Both the position numbers and the translations under genes were made by a program. Positions 16,776 to 20,000 of a DNA stretch of 20,000 bases are shown here, piece by piece. The notes beneath the pieces were generated by a model. It worked only from the letters and a program-made list of their open reading frames with translations. It did no database searches and was not told where the DNA came from. How positions within the stretch are numbered: the stretch's first letter is position 1; each line of letters starts with the position of its first letter. Source of the DNA: an uncultured virus (IMG/VR IMGVR_UViG_3300027608_000026) (Duplodnaviria > Heunggongvirae > Uroviricota > Caudoviricetes); IMG/VR virus record IMGVR_UViG_3300027608_000026, one strand, 5' to 3'.

Positions 16776-19700
16776 TCTTAAACGAGTTATTCAAACCTAA
16801 AAAGACTGTTCCTCTTTTTGAAGGTGGCAACTTAGAATTACCCAATCCTAACGATCCCACTGCACCTTATCAAGCTGACGAGATCGATCTCAAAGTACAA
16901 AACCGTAGTTTTATGGTGGGGTTACTAGATAAATTATTAAACGACATCAATGGTGCTTTTTATAGCAAATACAAAAAGCCATTGTGGAATCCTAATTTAC
17001 TACAATCAAAACAATTCTTAGGTGGCAGTAGTTTACATTTCTTTAATACAGATGGTATTAGTGACAAAGAGTTTACTAAACATAAACCTAAAGTTGGCGA
17101 CATTGATACACAATGTAATAAAGAACTTGAACCAGAGATTAGAGATTTTTTAACTGCATACGATCATAAACAAATAGGCGATACAACACTATTAGGATTT
17201 AGTCAAGGTAGTGAACAACTTAATGCACTATTTCAATTCCAAGATCCTCCTATTAAAATTCAAATAGATTTTGAATTTGGTCGATATGATACAGAAACAG
17301 ACATGCCCGATGAGTGGTATCGCTTTAGTCATAGTTCAGAATGGAACGACATTCAAGCAGGCATCAAAGGTGTTTTTCACAAATACATATATCGTGCATT
17401 AACTTCTGCACATAGTAGTGTTAAACATCAAGTAGATGTAAAGAAAACAAAAACAAATATTAAACCAAATGTACGTGACAACGATTTATCGTTTGCAGTT
17501 GCTAGTGGTCAGGGGGGCGGGCTAAGTCAAAAGTACGAACCTTATATTAATACCGATCCAGAGACTGGTGAAAAGCAAACTCACAAGGACGAAGTTCCTT
17601 ACAAGAGATTAATACCATCTGCTCAGAGAACCTACATACAGAATTTAGATAAACAATTCTACTATTTCTTTGGCGCAAATCCCGAAGGCAATGATAAAGA
17701 ATTACAAAAGAGTTTCTTAGGAACACTCGAGTTAATTAACAAATATATTCCAGATCCTGCTTCTAAAGAAAGTGTGTTTATGGCTTTCTTAGATCTTTGT
17801 TTTGAGCCAGGTAATGCTCAAATGATCACTAAGAATGATCCAGAGCGTGATCAAGAAATTAAGTTTGCCGCAATTGATAACTTTGTTAAGGTGGGCAAGC
17901 TAGGTAAGTTGAGAAATACTGCCATAGAAATGGGCAAGGCCTACATGGATGAGTTCAATGAAGTGCAAGCCTACAAGAAAGAACATCCGGAAGAAAAACA
18001 ACCACGTGCCGCATTGAAGAGAGCAAAAGCCGCAAGTCAACCCGCAAATGAAAACTTTGCTGATACACAAACTTTAGAAGAACGCCGTAATAAAAAACGT
18101 AAAGCTCGTCATGCTGCCTATGGTCCTGGCCTGTACGGTGGATATGGATATTACGCTGACTACAGCGGAGACAGTTCAGGTGATGGCGGGGGTGGTGATG
18201 GCGGGGGTGAAAGCATTAAGAATGAAGATGCCATGATGGGCAAGATAGCAGACTCGGGCAAAATTATTCGCATCTTGAAGAAAGCACATACGGTACCATT
18301 TAGCGATGAAAAAAACTGGTTGCTGGTAGATATGGATCCTGCCAAAGGCAACAATGGGCTGGGTATCAAATGGATACCTGCTGACACAAGATTTACTTGG
18401 GTAAGGCCTTATAGAGATAATGTGGGGCAAGGTGTGGCGGAAGGAGCAACGGTTACACGAATTGATAGTAACCCTATCACGGATTTTGGGTCTAGTCTTA
18501 AAGCATACAAGCATACGGATGATTGGAGCCAAAGTGGTGTAGACACAGGTGACGATAGTTATTGGAAGAATAAAAATCTTAAAACTAATACTACTAAAGG
18601 ATTGTTTGCTGGTGATCCAAGGAGAACAGCATTATACGCAACTGGCAACGCACACGAAACACGCTATGTAGAGTTTACACAAAACGGCCAACCCATTGTT
18701 TATTTTGACCGCAAAGATTTGCCAGCAATGCGTAGTCGTAAAACTTACTTAACTGTGTTTGATGCTAGCGATTTCAGACAATTACCTACAGGTGAATGGT
18801 TTAGTGAAAATCCTAGTAAGCCTATCAAGCAGGTGCCCATTGGTGACCCATTCAAATACATCGCCGATCAAGGGTGGATAGTTCGTGTTACTGATGATTT
18901 AGATAAAGTATTCAAACAAGTAAAGAACATGCACAAAGCAGGTAAAATTGCTCAATATGGTGCAGAAGGTATGAATGAAAGTAAGCAAGGTGTGGCGGAG
19001 AACTTTGCCGATGGAAAGAATCCGCAAGACAAGGGCGACAGCAAACGTCACGGAGTTCCAACCAAAGCAAGCATAAGTACATTACGCAATGTTGCCAAAC
19101 AAGGCGGACGTAAAGGACAGTTAGCACATTGGATGGCTAATATGAAAGCTGGTAAGGCTAAACACGAAAGTTTAAACGAAGCCGAAGTAAAAGCACAACT
19201 GCGTAAAGGCATGCCGCATCTTAAAGATCTTAAGGCCGCTGACTTTTTAGATTTACTAGATGAGATACACGACGGTAACGGTAATTTCAAATTAGAAAAT
19301 ATGCCGTTAAATGTTAAGGTAGACGGCTTTGGTGGGCGATTTGGTAAGAACGCAGATGGTAAACCTTTTATGGGTACCAGCCGTACTGAGCCAAGGTATA
19401 CACCGGGATTTGTAAAGTACCATCAAGAAAAAGGTACACAAGATCCAGAGATACTAGGTCGTGCTAAATTATTTGATGACTTGTTTGTAGAAATGATGAA
19501 CGCTGTTAAATTAGTGGACAGCAAGTTAGGACCAGACTTTTTAATAGACAAACAGGTAAGTTGTGAGGTTTTATTCTTACCATTTGCTACAGAAACTGAA
19601 GAAGGTAAATTAAAGTTTGTTGGTATTCATTATGACAAACTTCCACAAGGTGTACAACTTGCACTGGTGCCATTAAATGTAGTAACTGCTAGTACAGGTG

Positions 19701-20000
19701 AGCCTGTTGAAAATTCTCAGGAAGTTATAAAAGAGTTAACAGGCCTTGGGCAACAAAGTAGCGTTATGTTTATTGACAACAGTCTAACACAAAACGAGGC
19801 ATTAGATGTTACAGCAATTGTTCCACCGTTAGAAAATATTGAAGAACTAAAAAGCATAGTATCAGATACCGCAGGTAAAAGAGATCGTGCTAGCTTAGAA
19901 CTTAGAAAAAATGTTGAAGCACAATTACAACCAGTTAAACTTGCATTAGAAAAAGCCATTGCAGAAGATCCTAACATTGTCGGTAAAGATATGTTAGGCA
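16772..20000 (+). CDS. large modular protein (at least 1076 aa, 3' truncated): Pol-beta-type nucleotidyltransferase, small modules and KxDG ligase-like (DUF6267-like) domain
   Basis: ATGA overlap with the upstream gene and no in-frame stop to the window end on hand translation. Motifs: FLGGSS (17021), VGDID (17096), IQIDFE (17261), and LNVKVDGFGGRFG (K at 19316). Confidence 0.85.
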   Translation, partial: MILNELFKPKKTVPLFEGGNLELPNPNDPTAPYQADEIDLKVQNRSFMVGLLDKLLNDINGAFYSKYKKPLWNPNLLQSKQFLGGSSLHFFNTDGISDKEFTKHKPKVGDIDTQCNKELEPEIRDFLTAYDHKQIGDTTLLGFSQGSEQLNALFQFQDPPIKIQIDFEFGRYDTETDMPDEWYRFSHSSEWNDIQAGIKGVFHKYIYRALTSAHSSVKHQVDVKKTKTNIKPNVRDNDLSFAVASGQGGGLSQKYEPYINTDPETGEKQTHKDEVPYKRLIPSAQRTYIQNLDKQFYYFFGANPEGNDKELQKSFLGTLELINKYIPDPASKESVFMAFLDLCFEPGNAQMITKNDPERDQEIKFAAIDNFVKVGKLGKLRNTAIEMGKAYMDEFNEVQAYKKEHPEEKQPRAALKRAKAASQPANENFADTQTLEERRNKKRKARHAAYGPGLYGGYGYYADYSGDSSGDGGGGDGGGESIKNEDAMMGKIADSGKIIRILKKAHTVPFSDEKNWLLVDMDPAKGNNGLGIKWIPADTRFTWVRPYRDNVGQGVAEGATVTRIDSNPITDFGSSLKAYKHTDDWSQSGVDTGDDSYWKNKNLKTNTTKGLFAGDPRRTALYATGNAHETRYVEFTQNGQPIVYFDRKDLPAMRSRKTYLTVFDASDFRQLPTGEWFSENPSKPIKQVPIGDPFKYIADQGWIVRVTDDLDKVFKQVKNMHKAGKIAQYGAEGMNESKQGVAENFADGKNPQDKGDSKRHGVPTKASISTLRNVAKQGGRKGQLAHWMANMKAGKAKHESLNEAEVKAQLRKGMPHLKDLKAADFLDLLDEIHDGNGNFKLENMPLNVKVDGFGGRFGKNADGKPFMGTSRTEPRYTPGFVKYHQEKGTQDPEILGRAKLFDDLFVEMMNAVKLVDSKLGPDFLIDKQVSCEVLFLPFATETEEGKLKFVGIHYDKLPQGVQLALVPLNVVTASTGEPVENSQEVIKELTGLGQQSSVMFIDNSLTQNEALDVTAIVPPLENIEELKSIVSDTAGKRDRASLELRKNVEAQLQPVKLALEKAIAEDPNIVGKDMLG
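18179..18208 (+). repeat. 15-bp tandem repeat, 2 copies (GDGGG GDGGG)
   Basis: GGTGATGGCGGGGGT at 18179-18193 and 18194-18208. Confidence 0.9.
18427..18999 (+). repeat. 15-bp direct repeat GCAAGGTGTGGCGGA (encodes QGVAE) flanking an in-frame module
   Basis: Identical copies at 18427-18441 and 18985-18999, 558 bp (186 codons) apart. Confidence 0.9.

Noticed and set aside
18427..18999. QGVAE repeats as a CRISPR array or IS ends
   Set aside because: There are only two 15-bp direct copies, 558 bp apart, within a coding frame; no regular spacers, cas genes or transposase are present.
18160..19977. Five short minus-strand ORFs in the track
   Set aside because: They are antisense shadows of the large + strand gene, with no recognisable motifs.
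16776..20000. Apparent 3.2-kb ORF-poor region that might be non-coding RNA or use a recoded stop codon
   Set aside because: It is one continuous + strand frame from ATG 16772, missed only because its stop lies outside the window.
1..20000. Alternative genetic code (TAG/TGA reassignment), as seen in some large phages
   Set aside because: Conserved genes are full length under code 11; TGA is used in many ATGA overlaps and TAG ends the kinase at 1934.
1..20000. tRNA, rRNA, introns or inteins
   Set aside because: Intergenic gaps are short and I saw no cloverleaf or splicing signatures; a covariance-model scan was not possible.

Overview
This is a gene-dense, AT-rich window, almost all on the + strand, that reads as a fragment of a large T4-like/jumbo tailed phage genome. 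The host is probably Gram-negative because spanin-like genes are present, and the standard genetic code fits. Four blocks are visible. (1) 1-5345 covers replication and metabolism: a split DnaE N-terminal piece, GroES, a MazG-like protein, a P-loop kinase, a cytidylyltransferase, a clamp loader and a convergent phoH. (2) 5469-12133 is a late block with TAAATA promoter motifs and a greatly expanded lysis/envelope cluster: spanins, a GH19 endolysin, a holin-like protein and many extra membrane or lipoprotein genes. (3) 12138-15838 is a dnaJ-def-clpA proteostasis operon behind a sigma70-type promoter. (4) 15854-20000 holds putative virion genes, ending in an ORF of at least 1076 aa (16772 to beyond 20000) that the supplied track missed. 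I translated that ORF by hand. It looks like a modular polyprotein: a Pol-beta-type nucleotidyltransferase domain, several small modules and a possible ADP-ribosyltransferase-like module, then a KxDG ligase-like domain. The modules are separated by recurrent x-x-E linkers (QGVAE twice, as an identical 15-bp DNA repeat, and ENFAD twice). This suggests a cassette-shuffled, protease-processed, capsid-packaged effector polyprotein. All family assignments come from motif recognition by eye; no searches were run.
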